A DNA stretch of 64,000 nucleotides, from assembly GCA_038231275.1 (NCBI GenBank), contig JBBRLQ010000013.1:1-64000 (forward strand), given 5' to 3'. A model generated the notes under the pieces. It was not told the origin of the DNA. It did no database searches and worked only from the letters and a program-made list of their open reading frames with translations. The DNA comes from Polyangiales bacterium (GTDB lineage Bacteria; Myxococcota_A; Polyangia; Polyangiales; Polyangiaceae). The position numbers and the translations under genes were made by a program. Positions 36,455 through 45,244 of the stretch are shown here, piece by piece; position 1 is the stretch's first letter, and each line of letters begins with the position of its first letter.

Positions 36455-37452
36455 TCGCGCCGACGGCAGAGGCGCTCGTGCGCGGCCGGCTCGCGGCGCT
36501 TCCGGCGTGCTTGCGCGAGGTCGCGGCGCGCGTGCAGACCGGCTCGATTTCGTCGGGCGGTGTCGTCGTCACAGGGATCGGCGCGTCGGAGGCGCCGGCG
36601 CGCCTGATGGCCGAGCTCCTGCGTGCGTCGCGCGGCGCTTCGGCCGTGTTCGCGCCGCTCTCGGCCTTCGCAGCCGGAGCCGCCGGCGCCGATCCCACCG
36701 GGACCGACGATGGCCGCGGGCGCTCGCTCGTCGTGTTCTCGCAGGGCCTCTCTCCGAACGCGTGCCTGGCGCTCGCGCGGGCGCGTGAGTTCGAGCACGC
36801 CACGCTCTTCACCTCGGCCCGTGAAGGCGCGCAGCTCGCGCGCTTCGTCGCCGACGGCGGCCACGTCGTCCGCCTCCCGCCGGAGCGCGAAGAAGGCGCG
36901 CTGGTCCGCGTCCTCGGTCCGTCGGCGGCGATGCTCGCGGCGGCGCTCTACACGGGCGCGGCCTCGGCGCGCGACGTCGACGCTCTCCTCGCGACGCTCG
37001 CGCGCGACACCACGCAGGTCGCTCCGGCGCCGACGCGCTGCGAGCGTGTCGCCTTCGTGACGGCCGGCGGCTACGGCGAGCGCTGCCATGCCGTGAAGAA
37101 CACGTGGCTCGAGGCCCTCTCCGCGCCCGAGCCGCCGATGTGGGACGTGCTTCAGATCGCGCATGGGCCGTTCCAGCAGTTCTTCGACGCCGAGATCGTG
37201 CTCTTCGCGCTGGAGCGTGAAGGCGCGGAGTCCGAGCTCTGGGATCGCCTCGCGCGCATGCTCGTCCCGGCGCGGCACACGCTGGTTCGTCTGCGGTCGG
37301 TCCTTCCGGGCGCGCTCGCGCCGATCGACCACCTCGCGCAGGTGCTCGCGATCGTGTGCCGCGCGCTCGAGGCGTCGCCGCGCGATCTGGGCGCCTGGCC
37401 CGGCTCGGGACTGGACGCGCCGCTCTACGAGCTCGGGCGCGAAACGAGCTAG
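36451..37452 (+). CDS. SIS-domain (sugar isomerase-like) protein
   Basis: VVTGIGAS, LVVFSQGLSPN and QIAHGP; TTGA overlap with the upstream stop. Confidence 0.65.
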   Translation: MIAPTAEALVRGRLAALPACLREVAARVQTGSISSGGVVVTGIGASEAPARLMAELLRASRGASAVFAPLSAFAAGAAGADPTGTDDGRGRSLVVFSQGLSPNACLALARAREFEHATLFTSAREGAQLARFVADGGHVVRLPPEREEGALVRVLGPSAAMLAAALYTGAASARDVDALLATLARDTTQVAPAPTRCERVAFVTAGGYGERCHAVKNTWLEALSAPEPPMWDVLQIAHGPFQQFFDAEIVLFALEREGAESELWDRLARMLVPARHTLVRLRSVLPGALAPIDHLAQVLAIVCRALEASPRDLGAWPGSGLDAPLYELGRETS

Positions 37453-37462
37453 AAGGAGGCGC

Positions 37463-38041
37463 GTGCGAGGCATCGAGGGCTTCTTCACCGAGGACGAAGG
37501 GCGATGGTACGCGCGGTTCGCGCGCGCGCTCGTGGGCGGCACGTTCGTCGAAGTGGGCTCGTGGAAGGGGCGGAGCACGTCGTTCGTCGCGCCCGTCTGC
37601 AAGGCGAACGGGACGCGCCTCGTGTGCGTCGATCACTGGCGCGGCTCGAACGACGATCTCGGCCCGAAGTACGCCGCGACGCTCGCCGTCGAGGACGTCG
37701 AACGAACGTTCCGCGCGAACATGCAGGCGCTCGACGTGGAGGTCCTCGTGCTCGCCGAGACGTCGCGCGACGCGGCGGCGCGCTTCGAGGCGGGGAGCGT
37801 CGATCGCGTCTTCCTCGACGGAAGTCACGATGGGCCGAGCGTCGCCGAGGATCTCCTCCTCTGGAGCCCGCTCCTCGCCGCCGGCGGCGTCCTCGCGGGG
37901 CACGACTACGACGTGAAGCACCCTGCGCTCGTCTCCGCCGTCGACGCGTTCGCGGAGGCGCGCCGCCTCACCGTCCGCCGCGGTCCGCGCTCCATTTACT
38001 GGCTCGAGCCGACAGGTAGTATCCCTCGCCCAAAGGAGTGA
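37463..38041 (+). CDS. Class I SAM-dependent methyltransferase (Methyltransf_24-like)
   Basis: VEVGSWKGRST, VDHW, VFLDGSH and GGVLAGHDY; AGGAGG RBS. Confidence 0.88.
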   Translation: MRGIEGFFTEDEGRWYARFARALVGGTFVEVGSWKGRSTSFVAPVCKANGTRLVCVDHWRGSNDDLGPKYAATLAVEDVERTFRANMQALDVEVLVLAETSRDAAARFEAGSVDRVFLDGSHDGPSVAEDLLLWSPLLAAGGVLAGHDYDVKHPALVSAVDAFAEARRLTVRRGPRSIYWLEPTGSIPRPKE

Positions 38042-38044
38042 GGC

Positions 38045-39226
38045 ATGGCGCGCGCGAAACAGAAGACGGCTCCGAAGAAGCAGAGCGGCTCGACGAAGAA
38101 GGAAAAGGTGATCCTCCTCGTCGCGACGCGAAAAGGCGCGTGGATCTTTCACGGAGACTCCGCGCGCACGCGGTGGCGCGCCGATGGGCCGCATTTCCTC
38201 GGTCACATCGTGAGCCACGTCGTCCTCGATCCGCGCGACGGCAAGACGCTCCTCGCCGCCGCGAAGACCGGTCACCTCGGCCCGACGGTGTTCCGTTCGA
38301 CCGATCTCGGTCGCACGTGGAAGGAGGCCGCGCGCCCGCCGGCCTTCCCCAAGGCCAAGGAAGGCGAGAAGGGGCGCGTCGTCGATCACACGTTCTGGCT
38401 CACGCCCGGCCACGCCAGCGAGCCCGCCACCTGGTACGCCGGCACCTCGCCGCAAGGCCTGTTTCGCTCGGTGGACGGCGGCGTGACGTGGGACTCGGTG
38501 TCCGGCTTCAACGACGAGCCGGAGCACGTGAAGCGAATGGGCGGCCAGCAAGACGGCACGCCCGACGGACCGAAGCTCCACTCGGTGATCGTCGATCCCC
38601 GAGACCGCAACCACCTCTACCTCGGCATGTCGAGCGGCGGCTTCCACGAGTCGCGCGATCGCGGCGCGACGTGGACGCCGCTCTCGCAAGGAATGGAGGT
38701 CGTCGGCGGCTTCGACCCCGCGAACCTCACGTTCCACGATCCGCACAGCGTCCAAATCTGTCCGAGTAATCCCGATCGGCTCTACCAGCAGAACCACTGC
38801 GGCATCTATCGCCTCGATCGCCCCGGCAAGACGTGGACGCGCGTGGGCAAGGCGATGCCGAAGAAGGTCGGGGACGTGGGCTTCCCTGTCGTCGTGCACC
38901 CGCGCGACGCCGACGTGGCGTGGGTCTTCCCGATGGACGGGACCGACGTGTGGCCGCGCACGAGTCCCGGAGGCTCGCCGGCCGCGTACGTCACGCGAAA
39001 CGGCGGAAAGACGTGGCAGCGCCAGGATGGCGGCATGCCGAAGAGCGAGGCCTGGTGGACCGTGAAGCGGCAAGCCATGGCCGCCGACGCGTGCCCGAAG
39101 GTCGGGCTCTACCTCGGCACGACGAGCGGCGAGGTCTGGGCGAGCCGCAACGAGGGCAAGGCGTGGGCACCCATCGCGCGCCACCTCCCCGAGATTTACG
39201 CGGTCGAGACCGCGTCGATCGGATGA
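38045..39226 (+). CDS. BNR/Asp-box repeat beta-propeller (sialidase-like) protein
   Basis: Repeated S.DxGxTW boxes (RSTDLGRTW, RSVDGGVTW, ESRDRGATW, TRNGGKTW) and YQQNHCG. Confidence 0.88.
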   Translation: MARAKQKTAPKKQSGSTKKEKVILLVATRKGAWIFHGDSARTRWRADGPHFLGHIVSHVVLDPRDGKTLLAAAKTGHLGPTVFRSTDLGRTWKEAARPPAFPKAKEGEKGRVVDHTFWLTPGHASEPATWYAGTSPQGLFRSVDGGVTWDSVSGFNDEPEHVKRMGGQQDGTPDGPKLHSVIVDPRDRNHLYLGMSSGGFHESRDRGATWTPLSQGMEVVGGFDPANLTFHDPHSVQICPSNPDRLYQQNHCGIYRLDRPGKTWTRVGKAMPKKVGDVGFPVVVHPRDADVAWVFPMDGTDVWPRTSPGGSPAAYVTRNGGKTWQRQDGGMPKSEAWWTVKRQAMAADACPKVGLYLGTTSGEVWASRNEGKAWAPIARHLPEIYAVETASIG

Positions 39227-39480
39227 AGGTCCACATTCCGAGCCCGCTCGTCTCGTACACGCAAGCGCGTGAGGTCGACGCGCGCGGCGCGACGCTGTCC
39301 GAGGTGCTCGTCGATCTCGACCGGCAATTTCCGGGCTTTCGCTTCCGCGTGATCGACGAGCAGGACAACATGCGCCCGCACGTCCGCTTCTTCGTGAACG
39401 GCGAGCAGGTGTTCGACCTCGCGCGCGCGCTCGCACCGAGCGACGAAATTCAGCTGGTGCAAGCGCTCAGCGGGGGCTGA
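39223..39480 (+). CDS. MoaD/ThiS-family ubiquitin-like sulfur carrier
   Basis: 85 aa, FFVNGE, C-terminal ALSGG. Confidence 0.9.
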   Translation: MKVHIPSPLVSYTQAREVDARGATLSEVLVDLDRQFPGFRFRVIDEQDNMRPHVRFFVNGEQVFDLARALAPSDEIQLVQALSGG

Positions 39481-39504
39481 GGCCGAACCTCGGCGGCGGG
39501 GGCG

Positions 39505-40158
39505 CTAGCGGCAGTCGCCGTGATCGCCACTGGCTTCGCCGTGATCTCCCTCGCCGTCGCCGGCCTCGTAGAAGAAGTACGTCGCGGTGTACGGCACGCG
39601 CGCGCTCGCGCCGACGGTCGACGCGTCGCAGCCGCCGGAAGGCGCGAGGCCGCCGGTCGTCTCGAGGCGCTGCACGAACGTGACCTCGTCCATCTTCCCG
39701 TCGCCGGCGTGCGAGACGGCGCGGAGGAGGAGCCACGGGACCGCTGTGGGATCGGGCGTCGCCGCGGCGACCTTTGCGCCGACGACCGTGCTGCCGTCGT
39801 TCGCTTCCCACGTCGGGCCGGCGTAGTGCTTCCCGGAGACGTGGCCGCCGTGCTTGTAGAGCGTCGCTTCCGGCGCCTGGAACACCCAGCCGTACCCGGC
39901 GGCCGTCGCGCTGCACGCGTAGATTTGAACGCCGATGGCGTCGAGGTGGAACGAGACGCGGTTGCCGGCGGGGACGGCGAGCGCCGGGCTCGGAAGGGCC
40001 GGCACGCACTGCGACGACTCGTCCGAGAGCGGGCTGGACGCGTGGCCCGTCGTGCCGTTCGGCGTCGGATCGACGGCGCCGCCGCAACCTCCGAGCGCGA
40101 CGGCGCTGAGCGAGACGACGGCGAGGCAGATGTTGAACAGAGCGATCGGTGCGCGCAT
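39505..40158 (-). CDS. DUF3455-like lipoprotein
   Basis: GVQIYAC, APEATL, GKHYAGPTW, VPWLLL, VQRLETTGGLAP and VPYTATYFFY. Confidence 0.85.
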   Translation of the reverse strand: MRAPIALFNICLAVVSLSAVALGGCGGAVDPTPNGTTGHASSPLSDESSQCVPALPSPALAVPAGNRVSFHLDAIGVQIYACSATAAGYGWVFQAPEATLYKHGGHVSGKHYAGPTWEANDGSTVVGAKVAAATPDPTAVPWLLLRAVSHAGDGKMDEVTFVQRLETTGGLAPSGGCDASTVGASARVPYTATYFFYEAGDGEGDHGEASGDHGDCR

Positions 40159-40316
40159 GGAGCCCTCCCGAGGCGCCGCGAGGGCGCCCTGGCACGTGGA
40201 TGGAAATGGGGACGACCGAAGCCACCGCACCCGTGCGATGTCCCCGCCGCCACGAGGGGATACGTCAGCCGTCGCGGCCGGTGTCGCACAAAGCGCGGCG
40301 CGCGATTTCGGGGAAT

Positions 40317-40838
40317 TTACCCTGCGACGCAGAAGAAGAACGCGACTTCTTCAGCCGCGCCCGCGCCCGCGCCCGCGTCGGCGGAGGCAGCGGGAAGCGA
40401 GAACGTGATGCGCCAGACGCCCGGCATGAAGAGGTAGACCGGCGTGACGGCGTAGTTGCCGTCGGCCTGCGGCGTGATGACCGCCTTCACCGAGCTTCCG
40501 TGTCCGTGATCGGGCATGAACGAAGCGATCGCCAGCGGAGCGTTCGACATGGGCGCGCCGGAGGCATCGGCGACGTGCAGCGTCCACGAGTTGGTGCCCA
40601 CGGACGGAGGGGCTGGATCGCTCGAGACGAGCGTGACCTTCAATTTTCCGGTCGACGACGACTTGGCGAGGTTCGCGACGTACGTGTCCACGCGCGTGTC
40701 GTTCTGGCAGGTCACGACCGGCTGCGCGTCCGCGGGCGCGGCGCCCGACGAGCCGCTCGACGACGTGCACCCGGCCGCGCCTGCGATGCAGAGCGAGAGC
40801 CACGAAATGAGCCGCGTCGAGGTCATGAGATGGAGCAT
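40317..40838 (-). CDS. YtkA/FixH-like metal-binding lipoprotein
   Basis: Lipobox AAGC, FMPDHGHGS and LFMPGVWRI. Confidence 0.8.
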   Translation of the reverse strand: MLHLMTSTRLISWLSLCIAGAAGCTSSSGSSGAAPADAQPVVTCQNDTRVDTYVANLAKSSSTGKLKVTLVSSDPAPPSVGTNSWTLHVADASGAPMSNAPLAIASFMPDHGHGSSVKAVITPQADGNYAVTPVYLFMPGVWRITFSLPAASADAGAGAGAAEEVAFFFCVAG

Positions 40839-40928
40839 GCCAAAGGGGGTACGCGCGAAGGGGGCGACCGGTTTCGTGAGCGTAGCGCGTTCGCGAAAAA
40901 CGGCACGGTCGCGCTCAGTTGCAGCGTC

Positions 40929-41345
40929 CTAATTGCGGGGTGAGCCGCAGACGAGCCACCCGAGCAACGTGGCGCGCTCGTCCGAGGTGAGGGCGGCGGC
41001 GTCGGCCGGCGGCATCAGGCACCCGTACACCTGCGCCAGGACCGCGCCGCGCTGGCGGAAGACGCCGTCGTACGAGCCGAGATCGTGCTGCGTCGCCTCG
41101 ATGCCGCCGTCGGCGTGGCATGCCCAGCAGCGGCGCGCGACGAGCGGCCCCACCGAGGCCTCGTAGCTGGGCGCAGGAGACGGGCACGCCGCGGGCAGAT
41201 CGGAGGGGCACGCCTCGACGCCCCCGTCGGGCGACGCGTCGGAAATGGGAGACGGGCCCGTCGAGCTCGGCGAGCACGCGAGCGGCGCGACGACTCCCAG
41301 GGCCGCAGCGACCACGAGCGCAGACACGATGCGCGTCAGAACCAC
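40929..41345 (-). CDS. Small monoheme cytochrome c lipoprotein
   Basis: Lipobox PLAC, CWACH and LMPP. Confidence 0.75.
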   Translation of the reverse strand: MVLTRIVSALVVAAALGVVAPLACSPSSTGPSPISDASPDGGVEACPSDLPAACPSPAPSYEASVGPLVARRCWACHADGGIEATQHDLGSYDGVFRQRGAVLAQVYGCLMPPADAAALTSDERATLLGWLVCGSPRN

Positions 41346-42274
41346 GCGTAGACGCCCCCCACCGTGAGGCCCATCGTCGCGGGCAGGTTCCTCCCGAGCT
41401 GCGGCACCGGGGGATTCATGAAGACGCTGCCGATCACCCGCAAGTGATGATCGATCGGGTAGAGCCCCGCAAGGCTCATGGTGAAGATTCGGCGCGAGCT
41501 CTTCGCGACCTCGTCGCCATCGACAGTGGCGTTGCCCTCGAGCGTGAACGAGCCGACGAGCACGATCGACGCGTCATTCGAGAAGGCATATCCGCCCGCG
41601 GCGAGGATCGTGGTCTGCGCCCCGAGAAGCGAATGAACGCCTTGCACCGTTCGCGCGGCCCGCTTGGCGACGAGCACCGTCGCGTCGACGATCCACGGAC
41701 CGAACGTCTGTTCCAGCGCGAGGCCGACGTTGCCCTGGAACGCGCCGACGCCCGTCGCGTCGGTCGCGAGAGGACGGCTCGCGCTCACGGACTCTGGCGG
41801 GCGCCCGGTCGGCAACGTGACGCCTGCGAGGACGCCGATGCCCGGGACAATCTTGGATTCGCCGGCGTCGGTGAAGTCGTACCGCGCGCTGACGTTGAGA
41901 TCGCCGAACCCGCCCCCGAATTCCGGCCCGTCGCGACGCGTCTGCCGGTGGGTCTCGACGATGGGCACGAGGACCGCCGCCTGCGCGCGCCTCAAGAAGC
42001 GAACGGCGGCGAAGGCATCTTGCTCGAGATCGACCTCGCTCGTCCCGGGCGGCGACGTGGCGTAGTGGCCGTCCGAGTCGAACGACGCGAACACGTTCGC
42101 CGCGCGGGCCTGCGCACCGACGAGGATGGCCTCTTGCGGCGCGAGGCGGCCCGGCGTGAGCGCGGATCCGCCGGCGCAGCAGGCTTGCGCGCGCGCGTCG
42201 GCGCTCCACGCCAAGGCCATGGCGAGAAGCGCCGCCGTGACGGCGCTACGGCACGGAGAGGACCGGCGCCGCAT
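41336..42274 (-). CDS. Outer-membrane beta-barrel transporter (MetA-pathway-like) with N-terminal Cys-Cys
   Basis: Signal peptide then QACC; GFGDL, GVTLPTG and ATGVG; terminal aromatic residues (YAWF). Confidence 0.75.
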   Translation of the reverse strand: MRRRSSPCRSAVTAALLAMALAWSADARAQACCAGGSALTPGRLAPQEAILVGAQARAANVFASFDSDGHYATSPPGTSEVDLEQDAFAAVRFLRRAQAAVLVPIVETHRQTRRDGPEFGGGFGDLNVSARYDFTDAGESKIVPGIGVLAGVTLPTGRPPESVSASRPLATDATGVGAFQGNVGLALEQTFGPWIVDATVLVAKRAARTVQGVHSLLGAQTTILAAGGYAFSNDASIVLVGSFTLEGNATVDGDEVAKSSRRIFTMSLAGLYPIDHHLRVIGSVFMNPPVPQLGRNLPATMGLTVGGVYAWF

Positions 42275-42698
42275 GATCGGTGACGGAGCCGCCGAGTGTG
42301 AGCCGAAGCTCCCAGTCGCCGGGCATGAACATTCCCACGTTGGCGATCGCGTAACGGCCGCCGCCGCGAGGCGTGACCTCCGCGCGGATCGACGAGCCGT
42401 GCCCCATCGCGGGCATCCATGGGACGGCGTCGACCGTGAGCCCGTCCTTCGGCGCGCCGCTCGCGTCCGTCACGTCGAGGAGCACGTCGAACGTGCCGCG
42501 CGGAGGCGGCTGCGGATCGGTCCGCACGTCGACGTGAAGCCCGCCGGCGCTGACGATCGACGTGAACGGCGTCGCCGACGTGAACTGCGCGTCGGCGGCG
42601 CCTGCATCGGACGACGCTGACGCCCGCCCCCCTCCTCCGCTCGAGCACGCCGCGAGGAGCACCCCCGCGGCGAGCGTCGTCTTCGCGCCCGTGCTCAT
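42246..42698 (-). CDS. YtkA/FixH-like metal-binding lipoprotein
   Basis: Lipobox LAAC, PWMPAMGHGS and MFMPGDWEL. Confidence 0.8.
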   Translation of the reverse strand: MSTGAKTTLAAGVLLAACSSGGGGRASASSDAGAADAQFTSATPFTSIVSAGGLHVDVRTDPQPPPRGTFDVLLDVTDASGAPKDGLTVDAVPWMPAMGHGSSIRAEVTPRGGGRYAIANVGMFMPGDWELRLTLGGSVTDHAAPVLSVP

Positions 42699-43348
42699 GG
42701 CACCTGCACGAAGAAGGCGGCGTGCCCGTGCGGCGAGTCGTCGCGCGTGTCCTCGCAGGACTCGTGGAAGTGGAACCGTACGGTCCAATTTCCGGACGCG
42801 TCGAAGCGAATGGGGCCGACGGTGTAGGTCCCCTGCGTCGACGTCTCCGCGGAGGTCTGCTTCGTGTTCGGCCCGGGGTGCGTGTCGTTCAGGTAGACCT
42901 CGGCGCGAACGGGGATGAGCCCGCCCGTCCCTTCGCCGGGAAGCGGCCGCATCGGCGACGACGCTGCGTCCTTCGTCGTGACCGTCACCGTGAACGTGAC
43001 GTCGGCGCCTTGGCGGACCGATGTCGCGCTCCATTTCACGTGGTACTTGCAATCGTCGTCGTCGCCCTCGGCGTTGAATTCGGTATCGCCGTACGTGATT
43101 CCGCCGCCACCGCCATCGCCGCCCGCGCCGGCATCGTCGGGTGCGCCGCCGTCACCCGGGTGACAGGACGCCGCGCTGACGGATTGCGTGACGCCGCCGT
43201 CGGCTTTGCAGTGCGCGTCTTGCGCGCCGGAGACGGGACCGCCGCCGGGACCGGCATCGGCAGTGCCGCCACTCGAAGACGTCGAGCAGGCCGCGACGAG
43301 GCCACAAATCGTGACGAAAGGAGTGAAAAATAGACGTTTTCTGACCAT
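42695..43348 (-). CDS. His/Cys-containing lipoprotein with YtkA-like C-terminal domain
   Basis: Lipobox VAAC, DDDCKYHV and GNWTVRFHFHESC...PHGHAAF. Confidence 0.7.
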   Translation of the reverse strand: MVRKRLFFTPFVTICGLVAACSTSSSGGTADAGPGGGPVSGAQDAHCKADGGVTQSVSAASCHPGDGGAPDDAGAGGDGGGGGITYGDTEFNAEGDDDDCKYHVKWSATSVRQGADVTFTVTVTTKDAASSPMRPLPGEGTGGLIPVRAEVYLNDTHPGPNTKQTSAETSTQGTYTVGPIRFDASGNWTVRFHFHESCEDTRDDSPHGHAAFFVQVP

Positions 43349-43433
43349 GGAAAGATCTCCCACGACGAGATTCCCGCGGCGCGAGGCCGCCGAATCCCAC
43401 CGAAGAAACAAACGTTCGAGGCGCCCGTTGGTT

Positions 43434-43847
43434 TCAGGCGTCGCGTCGAGGCGGCGGCGTCGGGGGAGTATCGCGTCCGCGCGGGGGCGCTCGCTCGCGG
43501 GAGGACAACGGAGACGGAACGATCGCGGGCGCACCGGCGAGGGCCACCGCGACGGGCACGGTCGCCAGCGGGAGCGGCGCCGCGTTCGGCATCGGAGGTG
43601 TGTCGTCGTCGCAGGTGGAGCGGAGGGTCGGTCGCGGACTGTGCGCCTTCGCTTGCGCGCGCGCGCTTTGCTGCTCGGCGCACTCCGGGCATGCACACTT
43701 GCCGCGCATCATCCCGCACGCGCAGTGATGCTCGGGCTCGCCCCCGACCGCGCGAAGCGCCCACGGCGCGGCGGGGCCGAGCAGCATCGGCGCCGCGAGG
43801 AGCATCCCGACCACGAGCGAGCAGACGACGTGCACCGCGCGGCGCAT
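43434..43847 (-). CDS. DUF2946/CruR-like leader protein (TM, Cys cluster, RAPP)
   Basis: N-terminal hydrophobic helix, HHCACGMMRGKCACPEC, C-terminal RERAPP...PPTPPPR; first gene of a metal-uptake operon. Confidence 0.6.
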   Translation of the reverse strand: MRRAVHVVCSLVVGMLLAAPMLLGPAAPWALRAVGGEPEHHCACGMMRGKCACPECAEQQSARAQAKAHSPRPTLRSTCDDDTPPMPNAAPLPLATVPVAVALAGAPAIVPSPLSSRERAPPRGRDTPPTPPPRRDA

Positions 43848-43924
43848 TCGTGCTCCAACGTGCTCGCGGCTCACCACGCAATGAGTTTAGTGGGCCCTAC
43901 CTTTGCGAGCAACCGGACGTCGCG

Positions 43925-45136
43925 TCACGGCACCGGAAAGATCCGGATCGCGTGCGCCGTGCCCGCGTTGTCGTGCTCGGCGACGAAGAGGCGCTTGTGC
44001 GCGCCGTCGTAGGCGCAGCCACGCGCGCTCTTGAGGCCGGTCTGGAACGACGTGACCGCCCCCGTCTTCGAGATCTGAAAGACGGTGCCGGCCGAGCTGC
44101 CGGCGAAGAACGTCCCGTCAGGCCCCTGGCACACGAGGTCGGGCGACGCGAGCGCGGCGAAGACCGAGGGCTGCGGCCCTGCGTCGACCGGCGGCGCCGC
44201 ATCCGCCGCATCGACGCCACCGTCACCGCCATCCCCCGCTTCGACGCTGCCGTCATCCGCGTCCGCGCCCGCGTCGGCGACGGACGCGTCCGGATCGGTG
44301 AACACGCCACCGGTCAGCGTCGACGCGATCAAATATCCGAAGTCCTGATCACTGAGGAGGATCCGCCCGTCCAGCGTCTGCGTGACGCCGATGGGCTTTT
44401 GGAGTCCGGCGATGAGATCCTTCTCGGTCCCGGCGATGAGGTTGATCTTCGCGATGGCGCCGATGCGCGGGCCGCCGTCGGGTGTCGAGGTAAAGTACGT
44501 GTCGACGATCGTTCCGTCGGCGAGCATCGCGAGGCCGATGCGGCGCTTCTTCGTGCTGAGCGGCACCGGTCCGCCGTCGACGATTCCCGTGACGACGCCC
44601 GCGTCTCCTTTCGGGGAGACCACGATGATCGCGCCGTACTGCCCGAAGCCGAAGCGCGTCACGAGCAAGGTACCGTCGAGGAGACGGATGACTTGCCCGA
44701 GCGTCGGATTCGCGGCGCCGCCGTCCGCAAGCGGGTCGAGCGCAGGGAGGGTCGCCGCGACCGCGAAGCCCGCGGCGTCGGCCCATTTCTGGATCGAGTT
44801 GTTCACGCTATCGGCGATGTAGAGCGCCGCGTTCACGCCGGGGTCCCAGAAGAGGCCGTTGGGATCGCCGTTGAAGGGCATGGTCGTCGGGCCGCGATCG
44901 AACGTCCCCGAGTCCTTCCCGCTGTCCGCACCGGTGTCGCCTCCGCCGGTGTCCGACGTGGAGGTGTCGCCTCCCCCGCCGGTGTCTCCGCCGCTCGTAT
45001 CGGGCCCGACGGTCACGTCGCCCGGACCGGCATCGCGGACAGCGTCCGACGTGTCGTCGCCGCCGCACGCGAGCGCGAGGGAGCCGCCTACGCCAAAAAT
45101 GAGGACCGCGAGCCCCGTGCGACGACCGTACGTCAT
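43925..45136 (-). CDS. Beta-propeller (NHL/SMP-30-like) lipoprotein
   Basis: Lipobox ALAC, DPNGLFWD, LYIADS, LQKPIGV and SARGCAYD. Confidence 0.7.
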   Translation of the reverse strand: MTYGRRTGLAVLIFGVGGSLALACGGDDTSDAVRDAGPGDVTVGPDTSGGDTGGGGDTSTSDTGGGDTGADSGKDSGTFDRGPTTMPFNGDPNGLFWDPGVNAALYIADSVNNSIQKWADAAGFAVAATLPALDPLADGGAANPTLGQVIRLLDGTLLVTRFGFGQYGAIIVVSPKGDAGVVTGIVDGGPVPLSTKKRRIGLAMLADGTIVDTYFTSTPDGGPRIGAIAKINLIAGTEKDLIAGLQKPIGVTQTLDGRILLSDQDFGYLIASTLTGGVFTDPDASVADAGADADDGSVEAGDGGDGGVDAADAAPPVDAGPQPSVFAALASPDLVCQGPDGTFFAGSSAGTVFQISKTGAVTSFQTGLKSARGCAYDGAHKRLFVAEHDNAGTAHAIRIFPVP

Positions 45137-45181
45137 AGCGCTTTCATCGCACGAACGAGCGAGGGGCCCGATCAACAGTCC

Positions 45182-45211
45182 TGTGACATCAGTTGTAACA
45201 ACAAGGCAACA
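45182..45211 (+). promoter_or_regulatory. Pho-box-like triple repeat upstream of the PstS-like gene
   Basis: TGTGACA-TCAGT-TGTAACA-ACAA-GGCAACA (12- and 11-bp periods). Confidence 0.6.
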
Positions 45212-45244
45212 ACCGTCCTCGCGCGGGCATGGCACCCTCGCCCC

